The notes: a model not told the origin generated them from the letters alone. Positions 8,926-18,802 are shown, counted from the stretch's first letter. The stretch: 64,000 nucleotides of DNA from Bacteroidales bacterium (GCA_023138875.1 JAGLOO010000049.1:688-64687), one strand, 5' to 3'. Translations and numbers: made by a program.

Positions 8926-11900
8926 AACCTTCTTCCAATTACCAGTATATCATCCAACTGTTCAACATCCCCCTTCCATTGTTCGATGGTTTGTTCCATG
9001 ATGGTGCGCTGTCTGTCCATGGATTCAGGCTGTATTTTCAGCATTAATTCTTTCAGTTTTTTATACTTAAACTTCTTCATTAATTCCCCGCCGAACTGAT
9101 CGGCATAACCATCGGAAAAGAGATAGACAGTATCACCTGGCTCCATCTTTATCCTGTGGTTGGTAAACTCGAGACAGTTGTTGAACAAGGAACGTCCAAT
9201 GGAAACCTTATTCGCCTTGGTTTCCAGGATCTCTCCGTTGCGAATGAGGTAAAGCGGATTGAATGCCCCGGAGTATTCCAGGTATCCTTCCTTCCGGTCA
9301 TAAGCAACCAGAGCAAGGTCCATTCCATCATATACATCACCCGTATCGCTGCGCTGGTGAAGTGTCGCAAGTACTTCTTTATTTAATTGGGTAAGGATCT
9401 TACCTGGCTCCAGAATTCCATACTCCCTGACGATCTTCGTAAGGGAATTATGCCCGATGATCGACATAAATGCACCGGGAACACCATGACCTGTACAATC
9501 CACGGCAGAGAAGAATTCCTTGTCACCAACCTCTGTGAACCAGTAGAAATCCCCACTTACAATATCCTTGGGCTTAAAGAGAATAAAGGTGTCAGGGAAG
9601 GGTGATTTTTCCGGTAGAATGGCAAACTGTATCCTTTTGGCATATTTGATGCTATCGGTTATATCCTTATTCTTCTGTGCGAGTTCCTCTTTCTGTGCAA
9701 CAACAATGGCTGTCCGGTCACGCACTTTCTCCTCCAGGATGGCATTCTCTCTTTTCAGGGCCCTTTCCCTGATTGCTATATATGAGAAAATAGCCAGTCC
9801 CGCTGTAAAGATTGATGCCAGGATAAAGTACCAGGTGAGATAAAATGGAGGCCGGATCATAAATTGAAAGGATACCGGTTCATCGTTCCATACTCCGGCA
9901 CTGTTTTTTGCTCTTACCAGGAACGTATACCTGCCATGGCGCAGCGCCGGATAGGTCGCCCTGGTCTGTGTATCCGGGGGACGCCACTCCTGGTCCACGC
10001 CCTCCAGCATGATCTGGTATTGAACCGCATCGGGATTCAGGGTAATGCACCGGTATTCAAATATGATGGAGTTTTGCTTGTGAGAAAGACTCAGTCCATC
10101 AGTCAGGGGATAGGATTCGTGGTTTACCCGGATTCCAGTAATGTGGGTCAAAGGTTCCTTCACATTTCTTGCTTCCATTGCAGGATGGTATCGGGTTACC
10201 CCTTGTACAGTGCCAAACCAGATGTTCCCATCAGTATCGACAAGGGAAGCATTGGGTTTGGTCTCAATCCCCACAAAACCGCTTCTGGAGGTATAGGAAT
10301 ACAATCTATCTTCGCTTCTCAAATATATGTTCATCCCCTTATTCGTCCCCACATAAATACTATTGAACCTGTCAACACTCAGCTGGTTGATCAGGTTTGC
10401 CAGAAGTCCATCTTTCACGGTAAAGGTTTTGAATATTTCACGCCGGTCAGGATCATACCGGATCAATCCTCTTCCTTCGGTACCAATCCAGATTTCACCA
10501 TCCAGATCCTCCGCAAAACAACGCGGTGTAAAATCAAATCCAATATCCAGATGTTTAAATTCATTTCCATCGATAAGGGTGATCCCATTATTCACAGATC
10601 CTACCCATATGCGATTTTCAGAATCGGCAAATACAGCAGATATATGGTTGCTTTTTAATCCCTCTAGCTGTGTTAGGCGAGCTACCTTCCTGTGCTCTAT
10701 TTCGTAAAAGATCAATCCGTCCAGCGTTCCCACCCAAAGGTTGTTTTCTTTGTCAATAACCATTGCGGTAACCTGCATCTTGTCGATGTTATTGTTTATC
10801 AGTGGTTCGAAAGAGTATCTCCCGGCTTTGTCATAGCTTGAAACCCCCAGGCTCATTGTACCGAGCCAGATCGTTCCATTGGAGTCCTCTTCCAGGAATC
10901 TTATCCTTTCCCCCTGTAGTTTATGGAAGTCCTTCAGTACTTCACCCGACGGAGTCCTCTCAAGAATAGAAATACCTTCATTGGTGCCAAACCAGAAATT
11001 GCCGTTACTGGATTGCAGAACGGCCCACACCTGTGAATTGATCAGGCCATCTTCTTCGAAATAAGAGATGAAATGTTCCCCTTTATAAACGAAAAACCCA
11101 TTTTCATGAGTCCCAATAAGTATATTTCCTTCCCGGTCCTGGATGATGGACCAGATCTTCATCCCCATCAATCCATTCTGATTGCTAAACAGATCTACTT
11201 GATCATCGGGACTGATCCTGGCAAGGCCACCTTCCCACGTACCAGCCCAAATATTACCCTGATTATCTTCAAAAAGCGTACTAACCCAATTTGATGCAAG
11301 TCCGGCCTTCACCAGGTCGAACATATCAGAATCATCTTTCTTTGGATCATAGCGATAAAGACCCCCATTATACTTGCCGAACCATATATTTCCCCTTTTA
11401 TCGACCATTATACAGGTTGTGGCATAATACTGTGGTATCCCGCTCAGGAGGAAATTGTCAAACCTGGAACTATCGCTGTTATAGAATTTTACATTGGGAT
11501 CTGTTACAAAATAGAGCATTCCATTGTTATCTACGTGTCCCCCAAAAACCCTGTCAGAAAGTTCATGGCCTTTATATTGACACAGATCCAGCTGCTCCAG
11601 AGACGCCTGAGGATTGAGAAGCTCAATTACTCCCGAACCATCGGTTGTAAACCAGAGGTGTCCGATAGAATCTTCAAGAATGGCAGTAACATTTGAATTC
11701 AGGAATTCGTTGCTGTTTTTCAGTGCCTCGAAACGGATGCCGTCAAACCTGGATATACCTCCCCCTGTATGACCGAACCAGATATTTCCAAGCCTGTCCT
11801 CACAGATAGCGCGTACTCCGTTGTCGGCCAAACCATCTTCTGAGGAATAATTTGTAAATTCTACACCATCAAAGCTGGAGACACCTACCTGAGTCCCCAT

Positions 11901-12089
11901 CCAGAAGATGTCGTTCCTGTCCTGTATGATCTTGTAGACGGTCGACTGGGCCAGGCCCGCAGACACCGAAAACTGGTCGAAATAGAGCTGTTGTCCAAAC
12001 ATGGAAACGGACATAAGTCCAATCCACAAAAAAACCACCCGTCTGTGTCGGGCAAAACGGATGGTTCGATCAATAAAATGGGGGATCAT
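8922..12089 (-). CDS. membrane sensor: periplasmic two-component-regulator beta-propeller + Y_Y_Y domain fused to cytoplasmic SpoIIE/PP2C phosphatase
   Basis: Signal anchor, then ~700 aa of propeller repeats (recurrent W(F/V)GT..G(L/I)..Y/F). Y_Y_Y-like sandwich (RHGRYTFLVRAKNSAGVWN), a TM helix (YFILASIFTAGLAIFSYIAI) and a coiled coil. PP2C motifs SGDFYWF, DCTGHGVPGAFMS, FSDGYADQFGG. Confidence 0.8.
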   Translation of the reverse strand: MIPHFIDRTIRFARHRRVVFLWIGLMSVSMFGQQLYFDQFSVSAGLAQSTVYKIIQDRNDIFWMGTQVGVSSFDGVEFTNYSSEDGLADNGVRAICEDRLGNIWFGHTGGGISRFDGIRFEALKNSNEFLNSNVTAILEDSIGHLWFTTDGSGVIELLNPQASLEQLDLCQYKGHELSDRVFGGHVDNNGMLYFVTDPNVKFYNSDSSRFDNFLLSGIPQYYATTCIMVDKRGNIWFGKYNGGLYRYDPKKDDSDMFDLVKAGLASNWVSTLFEDNQGNIWAGTWEGGLARISPDDQVDLFSNQNGLMGMKIWSIIQDREGNILIGTHENGFFVYKGEHFISYFEEDGLINSQVWAVLQSSNGNFWFGTNEGISILERTPSGEVLKDFHKLQGERIRFLEEDSNGTIWLGTMSLGVSSYDKAGRYSFEPLINNNIDKMQVTAMVIDKENNLWVGTLDGLIFYEIEHRKVARLTQLEGLKSNHISAVFADSENRIWVGSVNNGITLIDGNEFKHLDIGFDFTPRCFAEDLDGEIWIGTEGRGLIRYDPDRREIFKTFTVKDGLLANLINQLSVDRFNSIYVGTNKGMNIYLRSEDRLYSYTSRSGFVGIETKPNASLVDTDGNIWFGTVQGVTRYHPAMEARNVKEPLTHITGIRVNHESYPLTDGLSLSHKQNSIIFEYRCITLNPDAVQYQIMLEGVDQEWRPPDTQTRATYPALRHGRYTFLVRAKNSAGVWNDEPVSFQFMIRPPFYLTWYFILASIFTAGLAIFSYIAIRERALKRENAILEEKVRDRTAIVVAQKEELAQKNKDITDSIKYAKRIQFAILPEKSPFPDTFILFKPKDIVSGDFYWFTEVGDKEFFSAVDCTGHGVPGAFMSIIGHNSLTKIVREYGILEPGKILTQLNKEVLATLHQRSDTGDVYDGMDLALVAYDRKEGYLEYSGAFNPLYLIRNGEILETKANKVSIGRSLFNNCLEFTNHRIKMEPGDTVYLFSDGYADQFGGELMKKFKYKKLKELMLKIQPESMDRQRTIMEQTIEQWKGDVEQLDDILVIGRRF

Positions 12090-12091
12090 TA

Positions 12092-14434
12092 TTAATAGTC
12101 TTTCGGGATGAAGAAGAAGGTGCCGTTCTCATCCTCAAGTCCGGCAATCTTACCAAACTGGGGTTTTTGCTGATTGCTGTTTACAACCGCAGAAGTTACC
12201 TTCTGAACTATTATTTCGATGGGAACACAGTCGCTGGGATTACTGGTGAGAACATTGGCGAAAGTCCTTGTAAACTGACTGTTGTCCACTGCAAGCTCGT
12301 ATCCAGCCGATGAAAAAACCTGCGATGATTTGAATCTCGTTGACTCCCAATCATCACAATTTCGATTCTGTAGCCCTGATCGCATGGCCTGATAAAAACT
12401 GGGGCCGGATTCACAGGCATCGGTTATAACCAGCGTATGGTTCAAATCATCGTGATAAGACTGCATGGACGCTTTTAGAGCATTAATATTGTAATAGGTA
12501 AATTCATCGTCCCTGGTGGCATCTGTCGGAATCCAATAACCACTTTCATTCACATATTTGCCATGACCTGCATACCAGACCAGAATAGAATTGACCCTGT
12601 TGCTCCTGATCATATCCCTCAACTCAATGGAGAAGAACTTCTGGAGTTCCACTTTGGTCATGTTCTGTTTATGAATGAAATTATGGATCTGGTACCTGGC
12701 CAGTGCAGCCTTCATCATGGTAATATCCTTGGCCGGGCCTTCCAGGCTGGCAAATGATTCGTAATCTGAATTCTCTATGAAGATGGCCCAGGTTTTCCCC
12801 ATGGGATTATCCCCAAACGCCTGGGCATCCCTGTTCAGAGAATATTCGATCTCCGAGATATTGCCGTATTCATCTTCAACCTGTACCGTGATCTTGCTTT
12901 TGTTTTCCACATTAACCAGAGCGTTGAAAGATGGATTCAGGTCGCTGGGTATGTAACTGGCCAAAACGCTTTCGACATATATACTTGTAATTTTACTATC
13001 ATCCTTAATCCTGCCTTCCATGTAAAGATAGGGATCGTTGTTGTCCAGGTAAAGAATGTTGTTGTCCGAACCATATGGGGCGATCATCTGTACCGATGGG
13101 GGATCCACTTCTGTACGCCTGACCTGAAAAATGGCAGTCTCTGCATTGTCATATACATCCATGACCTGGACTGTGATCTGGTCCGTATCCCTCAGGTTTA
13201 CACTGGCCAGGAATTGGTAGCCTTCATCGGTTTTCTCCAGCGGTACCGTAAAACCATTCACCTGAAGTGATTTTATTTCGCTCTGATCTTCCACAAGACC
13301 CGTAAGGTTAATCACCTGGATCTCCCTGGGGATATCCACAGTGTTTCCGCTTTTCGACACAGGATCCTTCAATATAACCCTGGGTTTGTTTTCTTCCCTG
13401 TTCAACTCAAACATTCGTAATGTGGCTTCCTCATGCAGTCGTTGGGCAGTTCCATCGTACTTCGACATGGCCAGCAATTTATTATAATCGGCCAGGGCTT
13501 TTTCATAATCTCTAATATCCTCATAGGCTCCTGCACGCTTAAAATAAATCTCTGCCATATCCGGATTCAATTCGATGGCCTTAGTATAATCAATGATCGA
13601 GTAGTTTGCCTGGTTCATCAACGCGTTGAAATTACCCCTGTAAATGAATATCAAAGGTTCATTGGGGTAATCGATGGAAGCCATGGAAAGTGCCTCAATG
13701 GCTTTGGGGAAATTGCCCTGCGCAGCAAGGATCTGGCTTTGAAGCAGTATTCCATCCAGGTTTTTTGGTTCCAGCTGAAGAACCTGCATAATGGATCTGT
13801 ATGCATCATTGAACTTCTTGCGGTTGTACTGGAGTCTTGCCAGTGCAAAATGAGTACTGGCAACCCGTCTGTTTTTTGCGATGGATTTAAGGTAAGCCTG
13901 CTCTGCTTCGTTCAACATATCAAGTTTTTCATAAACCTGGGCCAGGTTATAGAACCCCTTTTCATCTTCTTTCAATCTTAAACACTTCTTACAGTCTTCC
14001 AGCGCCAGCTTATACTTCTCCAGTTCTGTATACACTACGGTTCTGACCTGATAAGCCTCAAGGAAGTTTCCTTTCAGACTGATTGCCCTGGTCAGCTTCG
14101 TAAGGGCAATATTATTTTTTCCCTGCAGATGATAAGCCTGACCGGAAAAATAGAAAAGCTCCGAATTCTTTTCGTTGAATACAAGTGCCCGGTCAAAATC
14201 CTCTGCAGCACTTTCATTATCACCGAGCTTCGTATAGGCGATAGCACGTTGTATATATGCCTTTTCGAAGTCAGGGTCCAATTCAATAGCCCTGCTATAT
14301 TGTTCGATGGCATCTTTGAAATTCATTTTCTTTGAGAACTCCCCTCCAGCCCTAAAGCATTGTTTGGCCGATTGTGCGAGTATTATTGCAGAAAATACCG
14401 GCAACAATATCAATATGAAAAAAAGCCTTTTCAT
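12092..14434 (-). CDS. exported TPR-repeat / Ig-like / caspase (peptidase C14) domain protein
   Basis: Signal peptide MKRLFFILILLPVFSAIILAQ. TPR-like repeats cover aa ~30-340 and beta-sandwich-like segments aa ~350-535. C14 dyad motifs WYAGHG (H624) and ITDACESG (C673). Only a 3-nt gap to the downstream sensor gene. Confidence 0.8.
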   Translation of the reverse strand: MKRLFFILILLPVFSAIILAQSAKQCFRAGGEFSKKMNFKDAIEQYSRAIELDPDFEKAYIQRAIAYTKLGDNESAAEDFDRALVFNEKNSELFYFSGQAYHLQGKNNIALTKLTRAISLKGNFLEAYQVRTVVYTELEKYKLALEDCKKCLRLKEDEKGFYNLAQVYEKLDMLNEAEQAYLKSIAKNRRVASTHFALARLQYNRKKFNDAYRSIMQVLQLEPKNLDGILLQSQILAAQGNFPKAIEALSMASIDYPNEPLIFIYRGNFNALMNQANYSIIDYTKAIELNPDMAEIYFKRAGAYEDIRDYEKALADYNKLLAMSKYDGTAQRLHEEATLRMFELNREENKPRVILKDPVSKSGNTVDIPREIQVINLTGLVEDQSEIKSLQVNGFTVPLEKTDEGYQFLASVNLRDTDQITVQVMDVYDNAETAIFQVRRTEVDPPSVQMIAPYGSDNNILYLDNNDPYLYMEGRIKDDSKITSIYVESVLASYIPSDLNPSFNALVNVENKSKITVQVEDEYGNISEIEYSLNRDAQAFGDNPMGKTWAIFIENSDYESFASLEGPAKDITMMKAALARYQIHNFIHKQNMTKVELQKFFSIELRDMIRSNRVNSILVWYAGHGKYVNESGYWIPTDATRDDEFTYYNINALKASMQSYHDDLNHTLVITDACESGPSFYQAMRSGLQNRNCDDWESTRFKSSQVFSSAGYELAVDNSQFTRTFANVLTSNPSDCVPIEIIVQKVTSAVVNSNQQKPQFGKIAGLEDENGTFFFIPKDY

Positions 14435-14534
14435 CTGTACATTATTTTAATTAATTGTACGTATTTCTCATTTTAGGGTTACTTAAAGCACTCCTTTTTA
14501 GATGAATAATAAAAATCCGGCCATGAGCGATCCG

Positions 14535-15599
14535 TTATCCACCATGAAGCAAATTGTCCCTGTTTTTGTACAAATTTAATATTGTGTCATGAAAAATGAG
14601 CGTTTCATCAGGAATTTCCTTCAATTCAGGTGCACGCACTCCCTGGGTAAAAGACATCTTTCCTGTAAACACCCTTGCTTCATCCCATAATCCCGAAGTA
14701 ATGAAGGATTCATGCAATTTTGCCCCTCCTTCCACAAAAACAGATATGATCTGCTGGTCATACAGTTCCTCCAGCAAATCTCTAAGGTCATAGGATGGAT
14801 CCACCCTGATGCTACGGGTTCTGCCGGAATATTTACCCGGAACCCCGGTAAAAACTATGGTATCCTGGGAACCATCAAGTATATAAGCATTGTCAGAAAG
14901 TCTTCCATTTCTGTCTATGGTTACCCTTACCGGATGATCGCCAGTCCATCTCCTGATATTCAGCCTGGGATTGTCAGTGATTATCGTATTGGTCCCAACC
15001 ATGATCGCAGCCTCCTCCGACCTCCATTTGTGTACCAGGGTCCTGCTCACTTCGTCGGTTATCCAGTTTGTTCCCACATGATCTTCAGGTTCTCTCTCCA
15101 GGTCGATGAATCCATCAACGGTCTGGGCCCACTTCAGAATAACATATGGGCGTTTTTCTTTCTGATACACAAAGAAGCGGCGATTCAAATCGCAACCCTC
15201 TTCTTCCAGGCACCCCGTTACCACGCTAATCCCAGCCTTTTCCATATGCCTGATCCCGAGCCCATTGACGCGCGGAGAGGGATCCAGATTAGAGATCACC
15301 ACACGGCGTATCCCCTTCTGATGGACAAGCATGGAACAGGGAGGAGTTTTTCCGTAGTGCGCACATGGTTCCAGGCTTGCATACAGGGTTGCTTCAGGAA
15401 ACAGGGAGGGATCCTTTACAGAACGAATGGCATTAACCTCAGCATGAGGTCCCCCGAATTCATGGTGGTAACCTTCGCCAATGATTCTGTCATTATGAAC
15501 GATCACACAACCCACAAGCGGATTGGCGCGTGTCAATCCCAGCCCCTTGCGTGCAAGCTCAAAACAGCGACGCATGTATATTTTATCCTTCTCTGTCAA
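14535..15599 (-). CDS. ribD: bifunctional riboflavin biosynthesis protein RibD (deaminase/reductase)
   Basis: CMP/dCMP deaminase zinc motifs HAEVNAI and LEPCAHYGKTPPC, followed by a RibD C-terminal reductase domain (ILKWAQTVDG...FVEGG). Confidence 0.9.
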   Translation of the reverse strand: MTEKDKIYMRRCFELARKGLGLTRANPLVGCVIVHNDRIIGEGYHHEFGGPHAEVNAIRSVKDPSLFPEATLYASLEPCAHYGKTPPCSMLVHQKGIRRVVISNLDPSPRVNGLGIRHMEKAGISVVTGCLEEEGCDLNRRFFVYQKEKRPYVILKWAQTVDGFIDLEREPEDHVGTNWITDEVSRTLVHKWRSEEAAIMVGTNTIITDNPRLNIRRWTGDHPVRVTIDRNGRLSDNAYILDGSQDTIVFTGVPGKYSGRTRSIRVDPSYDLRDLLEELYDQQIISVFVEGGAKLHESFITSGLWDEARVFTGKMSFTQGVRAPELKEIPDETLIFHDTILNLYKNRDNLLHGG

Positions 15600-15630
15600 C
15601 TGGTTGGTGCATTATTATTATTTTTGATTC

Positions 15631-16491
15631 ATGCTACAGAATCATTTCACACTGCAGCAAACCAGGCAATCTCTCTATCAGGAGCTCAGGAAGGTTTATC
15701 CGGAAGGTGAATCCGCATCCATTGTGCGCCTGATCCTTGACCATATTGGTTACCCTGCTACGGAATGCATCAGTAATCCTCAGAGGGAACCAGGTTCTGC
15801 TACCATCGCACAAATTAATGAAATTGTATCTGAAATTCATACACATAAACCGATTCAATACATTCTGGGCTATACATATTTTTGCGATTTGAAGATCGGG
15901 GTCAATGAAAATGTACTGATTCCAAGGCCAGAGACTGAGGAGATGGTTTATAAGATATTTAACCGGTATCCCCATTATCCCGGTCGCATCATGGATCTGG
16001 GAACAGGCTCGGGATGCATTGCTCTGGCCCTGAAACACCGGTTCCCTGAAGCTATGGTATCCGGTCTTGATTTGAGTATGGACGCCCTTGAGCTTGCCGC
16101 TGAAAATTCCCGCAATAACAGGCTTGACGTGAACTGGATGGAGGGAAATATTCTGAAGGGAGCCTCCTGGAAAGGCGAAGATGGTTTCGACCTTATTGTC
16201 AGCAATCCTCCGTATGTTTTAAACAGTGAACGTTCAATGATGGATGCCAATGTACTTGAATTTGAACCGCAACAAGCACTTTTTGTTGATGACCATGATC
16301 CACTGGTTTTCTATGATGAGATTGCTGCATTCTGCAGGAAGTTTCTCAATGATGGTGGAAGTCTCTGGGTGGAGATCAATGAGCGATTTGGGACTGAAAC
16401 AGCCCTGCTATTCGAAAAGGCCGGACTTATAAATATCGCCATTCTGAAAGATATTCATGAAAAGGAAAGATTCATCAAAGCAAACCGATAA
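15631..16491 (+). CDS. prmC: peptide chain release factor N5-glutamine methyltransferase
   Basis: SAM motif DLGTGSGCIALAL and catalytic IVSNPPY; HemK/PrmC length and layout. Confidence 0.85.
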   Translation: MLQNHFTLQQTRQSLYQELRKVYPEGESASIVRLILDHIGYPATECISNPQREPGSATIAQINEIVSEIHTHKPIQYILGYTYFCDLKIGVNENVLIPRPETEEMVYKIFNRYPHYPGRIMDLGTGSGCIALALKHRFPEAMVSGLDLSMDALELAAENSRNNRLDVNWMEGNILKGASWKGEDGFDLIVSNPPYVLNSERSMMDANVLEFEPQQALFVDDHDPLVFYDEIAAFCRKFLNDGGSLWVEINERFGTETALLFEKAGLINIAILKDIHEKERFIKANR

Positions 16492-16954
16492 AGACCTGTC
16501 ATACAAAGAGGCCTTGCAACGCGCCGCAGCCCTCTGCAGCCGGCAGGAACAGTGCACCCGGCATATCCGGGAAAAGCTGGTTCAATGGAACGTTGAAGAA
16601 CGGGATGCGGAGAGGATCATACAACACCTTACAGAGGAGAAATTCCTGGATGACCATCGGTATGCGGAATTCTTCGTGAAAGATAAATTCAGGTTCAACC
16701 AGTGGGGCAAGATTAAGATTGCCCATATGCTACGCCATAAAGGGATAGGTGAAGATGCCATCCAGGATGCCCTCAATCAGATTGATAAGGAAGTCTACTG
16801 CCAGACCTGTGTTGAACTGATCCGCAATAAATCAGCCACGCTGAAAGAGAAGAACCAATTCACCAGAAAGGGTAAGCTATACAGGTTTGCTGCCGGACGC
16901 GGATTTGAGTCAGATTTGATCCATCGTATTTTAAACAAGACCGTGGGAGAATGA
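16457..16954 (+). CDS. recX: regulatory protein RecX
   Basis: Three-repeat helical pattern (CSRQEQCTRHIREKL, LTEEKFLDDHRYAEFFV, MLRHKGIGEDAIQDAL) typical of RecX. The only ATG start overlaps prmC by 35 nt. Confidence 0.7.
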   Translation: MKRKDSSKQTDKDLSYKEALQRAAALCSRQEQCTRHIREKLVQWNVEERDAERIIQHLTEEKFLDDHRYAEFFVKDKFRFNQWGKIKIAHMLRHKGIGEDAIQDALNQIDKEVYCQTCVELIRNKSATLKEKNQFTRKGKLYRFAAGRGFESDLIHRILNKTVGE

Positions 16955-17004
16955 TCCCGCCCGGGTCCGGATTTCTTTTCTATCTTTGCTGAAAATTTCT
17001 CAAA

Positions 17005-18094
17005 ATGATTACATCCGACCAGATCAAAGATCTGAATGGACGCCTGGAAGCGTTAAGGAGGCATCTTTGACGTTGATGGCAAAACCATCCAGATAGAAGA
17101 GGAAGAACAAAAAACCCATGATCCGGATTTCTGGAATGATCCCAGATCTGCAGAAGACCAGTTAAGGAAAATTGCCCGGCTGAAGAGCTGGGTGGAGGGA
17201 TACTCGAAGGTCAAGACATCCGTTGAAGACCTGAATGTGCTTTCCGAATTCCTTGAATCCGGGGAAGCTACGGAAGAAGAGGTAAATGATCAGTTCACAG
17301 CTGCACTCACCCTTACCGAGGAATTGGAATCCAAAAACATGTTGCGCAACGAGGAGGACAGTCTCGGAGCAATCTTGAAGATCAACTCCGGCGCCGGTGG
17401 TACCGAGAGCCAGGACTGGGCCGAGATGCTCATGCGGATGTATATACGTTATGGAGAGAAGCATCAGTACCAGATAAAAGAGCTCCATATGGTACAGGGG
17501 GATGAGGCCGGGATCAAATCGGTGATCCTGGAATTCTCAGGTGACTATGCCTATGGTTTCCTGAAAAGTGAAACGGGTGTCCACCGCCTTGTGAGGCTTT
17601 CTCCTTTCGATTCAAACAATCGCCGGCATACCTCCTTCGCTTCCGTTTTTGTAACCCCTGTCATCGATGAATCCATTGAAATTGTTGTCAACCCTGCAGA
17701 TATAGAATGGGATACATTCAGATCAGGAGGAGCAGGTGGACAGAATGTAAACAAGGTGGAAACGGGTGTGCGCGTCAGGCACCTCCCCACCGGAATCACT
17801 GTGGAGAATACGGAAACCCGGTCACAATTAAAGAACAGGGAAAATGCCATGCGAATCCTAAAATCCCACCTTTATGAGATCGAACTGCAAAAGAAAAGGG
17901 AGAAACAGGCGAAAATTGAGGGCAACAAGATGAAGATAGAATGGGGTTCACAGATCCGCAATTATGTCCTTCATCCCTACAAACTGGTGAAAGATCTGCG
18001 CACCAACCAGGAAACCGGAAATGTACAGGCTGTTCTGGATGGGGAACTGGATGGATTCATCAAGGCTTTCCTGATGGAGTTCGGAGGGGCATAA
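17005..18094 (+). CDS. prfB: peptide chain release factor 2, requires programmed +1 frameshift at 17068
   Basis: ORF0 ATG 17005...AGG AGG CAT CTT TGA(17068-70). The +1 frame from 17069 (GAC GTT...) joins track ORF 17192..18094. SPF (RLSPFDS) and GGQ ([11 protein letters not shown]) motifs are present. Confidence 0.9.
17056..17071 (+). other. RF2 autoregulatory +1 frameshift site
   Basis: AGGAGG (internal SD-like) - CAT - CTT TGA C, the classic CUU UGA C slippery/stop context. Confidence 0.85.
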
Positions 18095-18183
18095 AATCAT
18101 CTCTGAAATCCTTTGCCTCTTTCCGGGATATTGAATTCGCTGCTGCATTATTTGCAAGCAAATCCTTCCGACTGTATGAAGAG

Positions 18184-18244
18184 ATTGTAAAACTGGTACC
18201 TGACGGAACGGAGCGTACTGAGTTTTGTAGTACCGTTTTACAAT
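18184..18244. repeat. long inverted repeat / stem-loop between convergent prfB and dsrE-like genes
   Basis: Arm ATTGTAAAACTGGTAC (18184-18199) pairs with GTACCGTTTTACAAT (18230-18244), giving 15 bp with one bulged T and a 30-nt loop. No flanking T-run. Confidence 0.5.
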
Positions 18245-18301
18245 CCCTTCAGGAAGAAGGTTCAGCAGCGTTATAATACCTGCGAAAGGATTCGGAATAA
18301 A

Positions 18302-18802
18302 TTAGGTAAAGATGATCTGGGTATTTTCACCACCGCACAATCCGTAAAATTCTCCGATAGTGAGCACATCCTTTACCTCATCCCAGAGGTCTTTCTTCTC
18401 AAGCTTGAACATATCCATGCCCAGCTTGCAGGCGTAAATTTCGCCACCACCTGCCGTGATCATCTCGAGGAATTCATCCACAGGAGGAATATCCAGTTTC
18501 GCCATCGAGCTTTTCATCATGGCTGAAACGCCGGCTTCAACTCCGGGTAGTATTCCCAGAATAGAGGGGAAGGGAAGTCCACCCGGTGCTCTCATGGCCG
18601 GATTCCCAACTGTTGCAGTTTTGATCCGGTTCATCTGTTTTTTTGTAATTGCGTCAAGCCCGAAAAAAGTAAAGAAAACTTTTGCTTCAATTCCTTCCAT
18701 TACGGCTCCGTTGGCCATTACCAGTGTGGCATATACATCCTCAATGGTGCCCTTGGCACAGATGATGCATACCTTCTTTAACGGTGATTCATTGTTTGTC
18801 AT
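18302..18802 (-). CDS. DsrE/DsrF-like (DrsE_2, COG2210) sulfur-relay family protein
   Basis: KKVCIICAKGTIEDVYATLVMANGAVMEGIEAKVFFTFFGLD N-terminal signature and conserved IYACKLGMDMF cysteine segment. Confidence 0.65.
   Translation of the reverse strand: MTNNESPLKKVCIICAKGTIEDVYATLVMANGAVMEGIEAKVFFTFFGLDAITKKQMNRIKTATVGNPAMRAPGGLPFPSILGILPGVEAGVSAMMKSSMAKLDIPPVDEFLEMITAGGGEIYACKLGMDMFKLEKKDLWDEVKDVLTIGEFYGLCGGENTQIIFT

Noticed and set aside
15600-15630. Only 31 bp separate the divergent ribD and prmC start codons, and there is no FMN riboswitch upstream of ribD.
   Set aside because: An alternative ribD start (Met9) would widen the gap. The promoters may lie within coding sequence. Absence of a riboswitch is not unusual for stand-alone ribD.
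14712-15710. A 332-aa ORF antisense to ribD. Similar long antisense ORFs occur at 9864..10658 (264 aa), 27654..28466 (270 aa) and 35928..36680 (250 aa).
   Set aside because: Each lies opposite a gene with unambiguous catalytic motifs (RibD, sensor-PP2C, FtsX permease, FumC). None has motifs or plausible starts. They are typical shadow ORFs.
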